This document shows positions 1 through 8,743 of a stretch of 64,000 nt of DNA, one piece after another. Position 1 is the stretch's first letter. Each line of letters begins with the position of its first letter. The stretch lies in the IMG/VR virus record IMGVR_UViG_3300029258_002996; one strand, 5' to 3'. The translations under genes were made by a program, and so were the position numbers. The DNA is from a virus. Under the pieces are notes generated by a model. The model did not search any database. It was given only the letters and a program-made list of their open reading frames with translations, and was not told the origin of the DNA.

Positions 1-352
1 CGGAATGTTGGATGAGTATCGAAGTGGGAAATTTCGCGGAAATGTTGTCCTGTTGGATCAGTACGGCGTTCTTGAGCAACGTCATTCGGATATCGCTCTG
101 GCCGTGAAGCTTTTTTACCAAAGCGACGAATCTCGCGGCGTCGAGACCGAAACCGAACGTCGAAAGTCCTTCGATCTGCACCCCTCCGATCACGGAAGCA
201 ATCGAAGAGCTGGTATAGACGGAGAAACTCTTTCCGTCCGAGTTAAAATAGAGCATCTTGACTTTTTTATCGATATTTTCGATAGATTTGTACAAATCGA
301 CCAAGAACTCGTAGTTGAGCAGCAAAGAGTTCCCAACTGCGCGCAGCAACAT
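1..352 (-). CDS. Partial (runs off window) putative sliding clamp, DnaN-like
   Basis: Translated by hand from ATG at 352: MLLRAVGNSLLLNYEFLVDLYKSIENIDKKVKMLYF...FGFGLDAARFVALVKKLHGQSDIRMTLLKNAVLIQQDNISAKFPT; pattern resembles beta-clamp domain 1; lies downstream of primase/helicase. Not in the ORF track. Confidence 0.4.
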   Translation of the reverse strand, partial: MLLRAVGNSLLLNYEFLVDLYKSIENIDKKVKMLYFNSDGKSFSVYTSSSIASVIGGVQIEGLSTFGFGLDAARFVALVKKLHGQSDIRMTLLKNAVLIQQDNISAKFPTSILIQHS

Positions 353-354
353 TT

Positions 355-1260
355 CTACACTTCCCCTAAGCGAATAAAGCGACGCGCATTGATATCAAGC
401 GGTGCTTCACGATCAATACACACCTCGTAACCACGTACAATCTCTTCCCTCGCCAGTTTTACCGACTTCTTCGTCAGCCTACACTTCTCCGCAATCTCGC
501 CGTCCGACAACGTCGGGTTCTCCAACATACAGCCGAAGACCGTCCCTGCGGAAGAGGATAGCAATCCCCATAGATCCGATATCGATTCGCTCAACGCTAC
601 CGCTTCCTCCGGATTTGATCCTTGACTACATAAATACCGGGAAACTTCCGAAATCGAAGGACGGCCAGGATTAAACCCCTTCACAGGATAATCAAAGGAT
701 TCATCTACATCTACGAAATACGGGGATCCCACCACTTCGTACATCGGCATCTTGCGCCCAGTACGTTTTGAAATTCGGGTTCCAACCTTCTTACGAGTAT
801 ACCCCCGTTTTTTCGTGAAATTCGAAGTTAGCATATCAGTACATTGGTTTTTAATTTCTCGGTAAATCGAAGACTCCAGTTTACCCGTTCGAATAAGTTT
901 GAGATTCGAAACCGAAGTCCATAAATCTTCGTGCAATCGAACGTTGCAGCTCAAAGTTTGAAGATGAGCCACCAGAGGACCGTCGTAACCTACGATTTTG
1001 TAGTTATGCCCTTCGTAGCGACACATTGACGAATTATTGATCTCGTCAACCTTCACCACTCCGAGAAAAATCTCTCCGAGAACGTCTTCCTCGTCCCTGC
1101 CGGTTACCCTCGAAACCTTCGAAACCGCTTTCAGGATATAATTCTGCCACCTTTTAATCCCGTCCGCTAACTCAGGTTTCGTCCTCCCCAGGGAAATCAA
1201 CATTCCCTCGATACGAGCTTTGAGCTGCATCGCCTTGGCCCTCCGAACGTCGTACTCCAC
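355..1260 (-). CDS. Putative sigma-factor-like / HTH transcription protein
   Basis: C-terminal NPEEAV...LSDGEIAEKCRLTKKSVKLAREEI resembles a sigma region-4 HTH; start uncertain (overlaps primase). Confidence 0.4.
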   Translation of the reverse strand: MEYDVRRAKAMQLKARIEGMLISLGRTKPELADGIKRWQNYILKAVSKVSRVTGRDEEDVLGEIFLGVVKVDEINNSSMCRYEGHNYKIVGYDGPLVAHLQTLSCNVRLHEDLWTSVSNLKLIRTGKLESSIYREIKNQCTDMLTSNFTKKRGYTRKKVGTRISKRTGRKMPMYEVVGSPYFVDVDESFDYPVKGFNPGRPSISEVSRYLCSQGSNPEEAVALSESISDLWGLLSSSAGTVFGCMLENPTLSDGEIAEKCRLTKKSVKLAREEIVRGYEVCIDREAPLDINARRFIRLGEV

Positions 1261-2188
1261 TTAGAACTTCCCGAACTCGGTCGGCAGATAAATTGCCGGG
1301 GTCTTCGTGCGCGGACAAATGGACCAAATGAGGTTCCAAACCAAACGCACAAAGCTCATCGAAAATTTTTTTCCCAAAATCTCTGAAGGGAGGTTCCCTC
1401 AACACTGCATCCCCATCCAGACACACGATTGGCTGAAGGCCAAAGTCGAGGCAAAGCTCTCGAATCCTATTGATTTGCGCAGCACTCGCTTCCTTGGTGA
1501 AGATGCCGACCGCCTGGATCCCGTACTTGTGGAAATTCCACACGTCAGAAGCCCCCTCGACAATCCAGAGCTGGCCGGTACGCTCCGACACGAGCCAGCC
1601 CCCGTAGAGAAGGTTCTGCAACGGAGATCCTGCGGGCGACTTCCACCGAAGACCGCTAGGATGCAAGTTGCGCGTTTGAAATGTAATATACGACCCGTTG
1701 AGATCCCAAATAGGGACTATGATTGAATTATCGATGTGAATTCCGGAGTACTCACCCCGCACACCGTAGAGTAGGCCAAAAGCATCGACAATTTCCTGAC
1801 CCAGGCCCCGATCCGCCAGATACCGAACTCCCACAATAGGTTCAACATCGGGGGGTTGGGGGAAATCACTGATTTGATAGGGTGACTTGGAACTCTTGCG
1901 CGGAGTAGCAAATAAATCGTCAAAATCTTTAGCAATTTTCGTTACTTTTAAGCGTTTATATACCTCCGCCCAAGTCTCAATACCCTCCATGAGTTTGTAG
2001 AACCGAACAAAATTTCCCCGAACCCCGCATTTTGGCGATCCACAGATGAATACTCCACGGTTTACGTCAATACTGAACGAGGGGCTATGGTCATCATGAA
2101 AGGGGCAGTTCGTGTGGATGCGGCCAGACGAGTTCGGAGACTTGTCCGGGAATTTTTCCAGTATATACGAACGTGGATCCACTACCAA
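1172..2188 (-). CDS. DNA primase (CHC2 zinc finger + Toprim)
   Basis: CPFHDDHSPSF...CGSPKCG zinc finger; YLADRGL; Toprim IVEGASDV and LDGD. Confidence 0.92.
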   Translation of the reverse strand: MVVDPRSYILEKFPDKSPNSSGRIHTNCPFHDDHSPSFSIDVNRGVFICGSPKCGVRGNFVRFYKLMEGIETWAEVYKRLKVTKIAKDFDDLFATPRKSSKSPYQISDFPQPPDVEPIVGVRYLADRGLGQEIVDAFGLLYGVRGEYSGIHIDNSIIVPIWDLNGSYITFQTRNLHPSGLRWKSPAGSPLQNLLYGGWLVSERTGQLWIVEGASDVWNFHKYGIQAVGIFTKEASAAQINRIRELCLDFGLQPIVCLDGDAVLREPPFRDFGKKIFDELCAFGLEPHLVHLSAHEDPGNLSADRVREVLSGVRRSEGQGDAAQSSYRGNVDFPGEDET

Positions 2189-2230
2189 ACCCCATACAAA
2201 AATTCATACAATCGCTACGAACAGAAAGAG

Positions 2231-2259
2231 ACCTTAGCAGCCCTAAAAAACCCTGTCAA
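2231..2259 (-). promoter_or_regulatory. Sigma70-type promoter upstream of primase
   Basis: Minus strand TTGACA-17 nt-TAAGGT in the intergenic gap. Confidence 0.65.
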
Positions 2260-2310
2260 CCTTATTTTCCACCTAAAATCCGTTCAGTAGTGCGTTTTTT
2301 TCTAAATACC

Positions 2311-3648
2311 CTAAATATAAGGATTATTACTTGCAGCCACCTGCCAAAGCCTATGTAATTGTCGTGTAATTACCATACGTGGAAGATCAGTATCTAAGAC
2401 GATCTCCGGAATAGTAATCGGACCGGCTCGAAAAAACAACGGACTCAGAACTATAATCCCTTCAGCTCGTTCCGCTTTGGTTTGATCAATTGCAATGGAA
2501 ATATCGATTCCACGAGAAATATCGGTACTTAACCCACGATGGCCGATGTCGAGACGCTCGGATTTTGCCCCTTCAAGATTCGATTGGGATGCCTCGAAGA
2601 TAGCCACCCCATGTTCTTCGGCGTGATTCTTCAAATCCCAAACAATCTGCTTCTGTTGATGTCGTTCTTCCCTAAAATCTTTGGAAGGAGCGATGATATT
2701 CAGATAATCCCACACTTCTACGTCATGTGTTTCTCCGGTTTTGTCTTGGATACGTTTGATTTCATCGTTTATCTGCGGCACTGTTGTTTCCTGTGGGGTC
2801 GCCTTGATAACGTACAGTCGGTTTTTCCAGCTACGCATCCACTCGAAGGTCGCGTCCATTGCATCTTTTTCTTCTTGAGTAATCAACAAGTTCGAGATGC
2901 GGTCGTAGTTCAACTCACTGAACATTGAATCATACCGGTCCATCGTGAGTTCGAGGGAATTCTCGTAGGTAACGTGAATCGCGTTCCAACCCTGAAGAAG
3001 AAACGAGTACCCGAGCGCATTGAGCACGATGCTCTTGTACCGTTTAAACGGGGCGATGAAGTCAATGATCATCGGGGCTTTCAAGCGGAATTGCTGGTCT
3101 AGTCCAACAATGCCGGTCAGGATCCGTGGATTCAGATTCGGATTATCCCGAACCATCTTTCGTTGATGCTGCCGATCCTGATAGCTTTCGACGTAGTCAA
3201 CTACCGGCAATTTTCCTTCAGTGATGACGCTTCGAGCAATGTCGATGCCTTCGGCCACATCATTGATCAAGAAATCGATGCGGTCAGTGCGTTGAAAACC
3301 TTGAAAAGCATCCCGCACTTTGGAATTCACCGTGCAAAATGCAACATAAGCTTTGAACTTGTCGGCAGCGTCTGCCTCGAACGTCAGTTGACGAACGTAC
3401 AGCGCATAAAGCTGATTTCGGTACTTGCTGCGCTTCTCCTCGTCTTCAATTGTGAGCAACTGCTGATCCAGAAAATCGAAGGCGATGGGCTCCCAGTCTC
3501 TGTTCTTGAGAACTCGGGCAAACCACTGATAGGAGTCGATCTGGAAGTACTCGGGCTCAATATACGAGAGCAGCTCCGAATCCACGGCCTCGGACTTTTG
3601 GAGAATCGCGGAGAGGAACTCAGCCTCGACTTTTACGTCAATTTCCAT
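2311..3648 (-). CDS. DnaB-like replicative helicase with atypical Walker A
   Basis: APFKRYKS at Walker A position, HVTYEN, WDYLNII (Walker B-like), ASQSN; between loader and primase. Confidence 0.75.
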   Translation of the reverse strand: MEIDVKVEAEFLSAILQKSEAVDSELLSYIEPEYFQIDSYQWFARVLKNRDWEPIAFDFLDQQLLTIEDEEKRSKYRNQLYALYVRQLTFEADAADKFKAYVAFCTVNSKVRDAFQGFQRTDRIDFLINDVAEGIDIARSVITEGKLPVVDYVESYQDRQHQRKMVRDNPNLNPRILTGIVGLDQQFRLKAPMIIDFIAPFKRYKSIVLNALGYSFLLQGWNAIHVTYENSLELTMDRYDSMFSELNYDRISNLLITQEEKDAMDATFEWMRSWKNRLYVIKATPQETTVPQINDEIKRIQDKTGETHDVEVWDYLNIIAPSKDFREERHQQKQIVWDLKNHAEEHGVAIFEASQSNLEGAKSERLDIGHRGLSTDISRGIDISIAIDQTKAERAEGIIVLSPLFFRAGPITIPEIVLDTDLPRMVITRQLHRLWQVAASNNPYI

Positions 3649-4386
3649 CTATGCAGGCCAATTCTTCTCCGCGTTGGCGAGCCGAAAGTCTTCCGCGCCG
3701 CCCACCTCGACTTGTCGGAAAAACTCACCGTGGATCCGACCGTCCGGGCGAATTTCCAACACTGAATCGAGATATCCGTTGTAGAAAGAGGACAAAGTAC
3801 GTGGATCGTAGTTCGAAGTAATGATAGTCGGCAACCGGTTGCCTCGTCGGTAGTGCAACAGCTTGTGGAGCGTGGACGTGTACGACTGCTTCTTCCAGTC
3901 CGAGCTTCTCTCCTCGTTTCCCAGATCATCCAACACGTAAAAGGTCGACTTCCAGATTTCCGAGGTCTCCCGAAAAGAGTTGTCGTCCTCGAACAGCTTG
4001 TGAACGTCAGAAAAACCATAGGTTCGGTCGCGTTTGTAGTTTTCCGTGTGCGAGCACGGCCATGCCAGAGAATACGCCAAATAGTGCGCCAAGGTAGTTT
4101 TCCCCCGACCGTTCTCCCGAGAAAAAATGAATAAGCTCAGGCCCTTTTCCAAAACCGTAAACGGATTCTCTATGAAATACCCCAAGGATCCCTCTCCGTC
4201 CTCGATAAGCGGAACTTCGTAGGAATAGGAGCTGACAAGATCGAGAAGCTCCTCTCGGAAGTCACCTCCGACCAATCGATTAAACACCCGAAACTTGATC
4301 GAACAGGCGCAGAGAGAGTCTCCGTACATACCGCTGCCGTCACACGTCCTGCAACGTCCGATAATTCGGTCTCGCAGCGTACTCAC
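3649..4386 (-). CDS. DnaC/IstB-like AAA+ helicase loader
   Basis: CRTCDGSG...CAC zinc motif, NGRGKTT, LDDLG, TIITSN; GGAGG precedes a GTG at 4386 that overlaps the upstream stop (ORF track start 4491 is probably too long). Confidence 0.82.
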   Translation of the reverse strand: MSTLRDRIIGRCRTCDGSGMYGDSLCACSIKFRVFNRLVGGDFREELLDLVSSYSYEVPLIEDGEGSLGYFIENPFTVLEKGLSLFIFSRENGRGKTTLAHYLAYSLAWPCSHTENYKRDRTYGFSDVHKLFEDDNSFRETSEIWKSTFYVLDDLGNEERSSDWKKQSYTSTLHKLLHYRRGNRLPTIITSNYDPRTLSSFYNGYLDSVLEIRPDGRIHGEFFRQVEVGGAEDFRLANAEKNWPA

Positions 4387-5552
4387 GGTCTCCTCCATTT
4401 TAGATCTTTGATTCCGCGATAAGTGGAGACGTTGCGACCTGCTTCGTCCCAAATACCAGGATACGCAGCCCAAGTGTTGTACTCTTCCCACGTCGGTTTT
4501 CCCGTGAGAAGTCGATTGTCGTACCAGCTACTTCGAAAACAGTGAAAGTTCTCTGGAGTACATTTTATGACCAGGTACTTGTTCGTGGCATAGTGGCGTT
4601 TTCCCCGCCATTGAGTGCCATCAGCATAATAGTAGTAACCGTCTTTCGTGATCGATACGATTTTCCGACGATTCTCCTGATCTTCCGTTGCAGGAAACCA
4701 CCCCTTCGGAATACTGCCATCCGGCATCGAACAATGATCCGGCAATTCCAAGAATTTCTTAATCTCTCTCCACGGATCCGCAATCTGGGTACGTAGCTTC
4801 TCCAAATCAGGGTCGAGAGAATTGACGTTGAGAATAAAAGGTAAGGTGAACTCGTCCGCACCCACTTTCTGACGTAAGTTGTCGACTTTCGCCCGCATCC
4901 AATCGGCGTAGTCGACCCCGAGCTGTTCGAACTGCCCAATCCGGTCACAAACAGACCGATAGATCCCCAACACCTTCTTGGGGGCTTTCTTCTTCTTCAC
5001 CTTGGTCGACCACGAATGGTAGTGGGTTGGGTCGTTAGTCAAAAAATCACTGACAACCGGCAACCTGACGCGACCCATGTATTCGATCTGAAGCTGAATA
5101 AACTCCATCATGAAAAATGCGATGTCGTCCATTCGCTGCCGGGAACCGGCGTACTGACGAAGATTTTTAAAACGATTTCGGAACGCGGCATTTCCGGTCA
5201 GGAGCGACGGACGGTCGTAGTACTGATAATCCAACATACATAGGGACAGTACCAACAGGGTCTTCCAGTGAACGTCCGTCATCTCCGAAAAGTTCAACCA
5301 GTTGGTCAAGCTCTTCTTAAAGTAGTTGAACGTCCTTCTAGGGTTGTCCCCGTCGTGCCACGGATGCCCGAGCCCGGTGTACCCCCGGTAGGTCCAGAAC
5401 TTCCGAGACATCTCCAGGAAGCCCTCGAAACAGTCCCCAATGTGAAAATTGCGCTCAATGTATATCGGCGACAATCCCAACTCAGAAGCTGTGACGAGGG
5501 GCCTTCCGGTGCGGTCGGAGCGCACCATCGCATTCAGAGTTTGTTTGTCCAC
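4383..5552 (-). CDS. Hypothetical protein (possible replication initiator by position)
   Basis: 389-aa ORF translationally coupled to the DnaC-like gene; no motif recognised. Confidence 0.6.
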   Translation of the reverse strand: MDKQTLNAMVRSDRTGRPLVTASELGLSPIYIERNFHIGDCFEGFLEMSRKFWTYRGYTGLGHPWHDGDNPRRTFNYFKKSLTNWLNFSEMTDVHWKTLLVLSLCMLDYQYYDRPSLLTGNAAFRNRFKNLRQYAGSRQRMDDIAFFMMEFIQLQIEYMGRVRLPVVSDFLTNDPTHYHSWSTKVKKKKAPKKVLGIYRSVCDRIGQFEQLGVDYADWMRAKVDNLRQKVGADEFTLPFILNVNSLDPDLEKLRTQIADPWREIKKFLELPDHCSMPDGSIPKGWFPATEDQENRRKIVSITKDGYYYYADGTQWRGKRHYATNKYLVIKCTPENFHCFRSSWYDNRLLTGKPTWEEYNTWAAYPGIWDEAGRNVSTYRGIKDLKWRRP

Positions 5553-5553
5553 G

Positions 5554-7362
5554 TTACCTCAGATACTTGAGCAGCTCTTCTCTTCCCATTTCTACCAGTT
5601 TTTCGTTTTTCGTCGTCAACGCATCTGACATATTCTGCTTGGCCTGGATGGAATCTCTCGCCAGCTCGTCCACGGAGTTCGGCACGTCCAGGAACATCAA
5701 AGTTGCAGGCTTCGCCCGGATCCGCTCGATCCGCGAGGTCGGATTCTCCACGACGCGGCGATGGAGCCGGTCCAGGCTCTGCGTGTACAGCGTGAACGAG
5801 TACGGCCTCTCGATATAGATACCAGTACGGGCGCGGGCAAGCCAGTCTACACCTGAGCCTGCTTTTGCCGGAGTGGCCACTACGATTCGAGGATGATCCT
5901 CATTCACGAATTTCCAAGAAATCTCCTCTAACGATTCGTTGGAGACGCCTCCGTAGACCTTCACCGCTCCATAGAGCTTGTCGTAGCGTTCCTGGAGCAG
6001 CTCAACGGCCTTGCGAAATTCAGTCCAGACGACTACCTTTTGCTCCGGATCGGCGAGCAGCTCCTCCAAGATATTGTCCAGCTCGACGTACTTCGCCGAA
6101 TCCCCGCTTTCGTCGAGAAGAGCGGGGTGATTGAGCAGTTGGCGCAATCTGAGGGTCTGAGTCGCCGAGGACAGGAACTTGTCGATGTTGATTCTCGAAT
6201 CCTCCGGAAGCTGCGCAAGAATATCTCCGCAGATCACTCGATAAAGCGCTAACTGCTTACCCGAAAGATGAACGTTGCGAACCATGAACACCTTTTCCGG
6301 GAATCCGCGCATCTCGTCCTTGGTTCTGCGGATCGAGACCACCTCGATGAGCCGCTTCAGCTCGTCCAGGTTCTGATAGCCAGTGATTTTGTCGAACTTG
6401 CCTTTCTTTCCGTACTGAATCTGCTGTCGAACGACAAAGTGATTCTCGAACCTGGAGATATGCGGGATCACATCCTGGCTGAGGATCCGAAGTGCCACGT
6501 AAGAATTCATCGGGCTCTCGGGAACCGGCGTTCCAGTGAGCAGCAGAGCACGGGGACGCTTGTTGGCACGGTCCTTTGAATCCTGAAGAAGAGAAAGAAC
6601 GCACTGGGTACGCTTCGCTTCTACGTTTTTATACATGTGGAATTCATCGACAATAACCATGTCCCAGGTCATCGAACGAAGCAGTCGAGTGAGATCTCCA
6701 AAGACGTTCTTCTTGCCCTTCCCTCCTACCAGATTTTCCGGATGCACGAGGAGAACGTCGAAGTCGGAGTTCTTTTTCAACTGGAGCCATTCCAGCGCTC
6801 GTTTTCGACCAGCGGGAATGACCTCAGCCTTCAAGTATGTGTGTTTTCGAATCTCCTTGCTGAAATCGATATGAACCGTTCGCGGACAAATTATCAGAGT
6901 TTTTCCGACGAGGTTTCCGAGGGCAACCACTGTTGCCAACGCCTGGGCTGATTTTCCACAACCCATCTCATCAAAGATACCCCACCTGCGATTTCGAACC
7001 CCGAGGGCGACAGCGGTAACCTGGTCCTCGTACAGCTCACTTTTGAGCTTCCCTTCGAGATCTTGCTTGATACGCTGATTTTCGGCACCGCTCTTCAGAG
7101 ATTCGTTTATCCGCCGACATGAGTTCAGATACTCGATCCACTGGTACGCATCTTCGGTCATCGTGCGACCTTCGACGAGCCCGAGCATGTCGAGGTGATG
7201 GTGGAGAGTCAGGAAATCCTGATAGCTGACCGCCCACTTATTGTGGTCAACTTCGTAGGAAGAGAGCAACGAGCGCACGAGAATGTACGCCCGTTGATAG
7301 TAGGGGTAGTTCGGATCCAGCTCGACGTGAATCCGGTGACTCTCTACGGAAACGTCTATCAA
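5554..7362 (-). CDS. SNF2-family DEAH helicase
   Basis: DEMGCGKS, VDEFH, LTGTP, RRTKDE, LRQLLNHP, QSLDRLHR. Confidence 0.92.
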   Translation of the reverse strand: MIDVSVESHRIHVELDPNYPYYQRAYILVRSLLSSYEVDHNKWAVSYQDFLTLHHHLDMLGLVEGRTMTEDAYQWIEYLNSCRRINESLKSGAENQRIKQDLEGKLKSELYEDQVTAVALGVRNRRWGIFDEMGCGKSAQALATVVALGNLVGKTLIICPRTVHIDFSKEIRKHTYLKAEVIPAGRKRALEWLQLKKNSDFDVLLVHPENLVGGKGKKNVFGDLTRLLRSMTWDMVIVDEFHMYKNVEAKRTQCVLSLLQDSKDRANKRPRALLLTGTPVPESPMNSYVALRILSQDVIPHISRFENHFVVRQQIQYGKKGKFDKITGYQNLDELKRLIEVVSIRRTKDEMRGFPEKVFMVRNVHLSGKQLALYRVICGDILAQLPEDSRINIDKFLSSATQTLRLRQLLNHPALLDESGDSAKYVELDNILEELLADPEQKVVVWTEFRKAVELLQERYDKLYGAVKVYGGVSNESLEEISWKFVNEDHPRIVVATPAKAGSGVDWLARARTGIYIERPYSFTLYTQSLDRLHRRVVENPTSRIERIRAKPATLMFLDVPNSVDELARDSIQAKQNMSDALTTKNEKLVEMGREELLKYLR

Positions 7363-7784
7363 AACCCGTCCCTCAGAAATTCTTCTATCTCGGACTCGCG
7401 CTTGTCCTTCTCGGAGACGCTCCCTAGCTCGACCACGCGACCCTTGAGTAGGGGGTAACCCCGTTGACCAACTCCCGAGACCTTGATGGTCTGGACGGAT
7501 GCCGAAGAGTCGACGTAGTAAAGAGCCTCGAACGTGCGGGATTCGTCCGGACCGACCCCAAGAAGCATCGTCTTGGCCGAAAACCGGATAGTGTCTTGAT
7601 CAGCCAGTTCCCCGGACCACAGATACCACAAAAAACCCTTCGTGGCTTCAGCCCGAGAAGTCAGGTACTTGCCATTTCCATCGTTCCAAGAACATTCGAT
7701 ATCATTCACCCAGGCACGGACGCTCTGACCTTCGCGTCTGCGACCAAAAGTCTTGATGTATCCGATCTGGATGATAACTTTCAT
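7359..7784 (-). CDS. Hypothetical protein
   Basis: 141-aa ORF with 4-nt overlaps at both ends. Confidence 0.65.
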   Translation of the reverse strand: MKVIIQIGYIKTFGRRREGQSVRAWVNDIECSWNDGNGKYLTSRAEATKGFLWYLWSGELADQDTIRFSAKTMLLGVGPDESRTFEALYYVDSSASVQTIKVSGVGQRGYPLLKGRVVELGSVSEKDKRESEIEEFLRDGF

Positions 7785-8743
7785 TCAGACGCCGTTTCGA
7801 TGGCGTGAGAGTAGTCGTCAAAGACCTTCCCAGGCTCCGCAGTCGGGGGCAGGCTCGCCTTCATCCAGCGAACCACGAGGTCCACGATGGACTTGGCCAT
7901 AGGAACCACCTGGTTTCCCGAAAATCCGGCTGGATCGAAATCTTGATACGAGAACTTTTCGTAGATGTGCGCCGGTTCCACTCCGTAGCGGAGTAGCATC
8001 GAAACCGCGATGGCCCAGCAATCGGCCAAGCCCGCCACGGTCGAACCCTCTTTGCCTACGTCGATAAACACCTCTCCAGGCGTTCCGTCCGAGAAGCAAC
8101 TCACCGTAAAGTAGCCTTCCGTATCCCCGAGCTTGAACTTCACGGTGCGACTAGGGCGCTCAGCGTCCAAAGAAAACCATCGGGGAGGGGGGCAACTCCT
8201 CGGAGAAGGTTTCCTGTAATAAATCCTATCTTCGAGCAGGAACTTAGGAGGATCGAACCTCTCAGGCTCAATAAGATCGCCCCCCTTCCCTGCAAAATGA
8301 GAGTCAATCTGCCGATCAATCTTGGACCAATCGTACCACTCCAGAATTTTATCGATCTCTTTTTTAACGATTTGCAGAGGAGCGATATCACCGTTCGAAC
8401 CACCCCTCAAAAACTCGATCAAATTGAAGATGGCGTTACGCTCTTGGATTTCAAGATCCTGTGATTCGAGAAACGCCATCACGTCAAGAGAACCCTCCGG
8501 GAGCGACGGTGTCCAGTGACCGGCTCGCATTCGAGCTTCCAGAACCCCCAAGTACCACTTGGCCTTGGCTACATCCTCGCGACCCCCCTTCTTCCGATGG
8601 CGACAGAGATACTTAACGATAGACCCCTCCGCAAATCCCAGACCCCACAACTCGATGAAGTCGATAGGCTGATAGATCCCGGAATAATGTCCCTTTTCAT
8701 TCCCCGGAGAGTTTCTGTCGATTTTCAAAACGTTTTTAGGCAT
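7781..8743 (-). CDS. DUF3310-like domain fused to a TSCPD (class II ribonucleotide reductase C-terminal) domain
   Basis: N-term HY...QPIDFI..GLGFAEGSIVKYLCRHRKKGGREDVAKAKWYL; C-term GTPGEVFIDVGKEGSTVAGLADCWAIAVSMLLRYGV...FDPAGF...KSIVDLVVRW. Confidence 0.75.
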   Translation of the reverse strand: MPKNVLKIDRNSPGNEKGHYSGIYQPIDFIELWGLGFAEGSIVKYLCRHRKKGGREDVAKAKWYLGVLEARMRAGHWTPSLPEGSLDVMAFLESQDLEIQERNAIFNLIEFLRGGSNGDIAPLQIVKKEIDKILEWYDWSKIDRQIDSHFAGKGGDLIEPERFDPPKFLLEDRIYYRKPSPRSCPPPRWFSLDAERPSRTVKFKLGDTEGYFTVSCFSDGTPGEVFIDVGKEGSTVAGLADCWAIAVSMLLRYGVEPAHIYEKFSYQDFDPAGFSGNQVVPMAKSIVDLVVRWMKASLPPTAEPGKVFDDYSHAIETASE

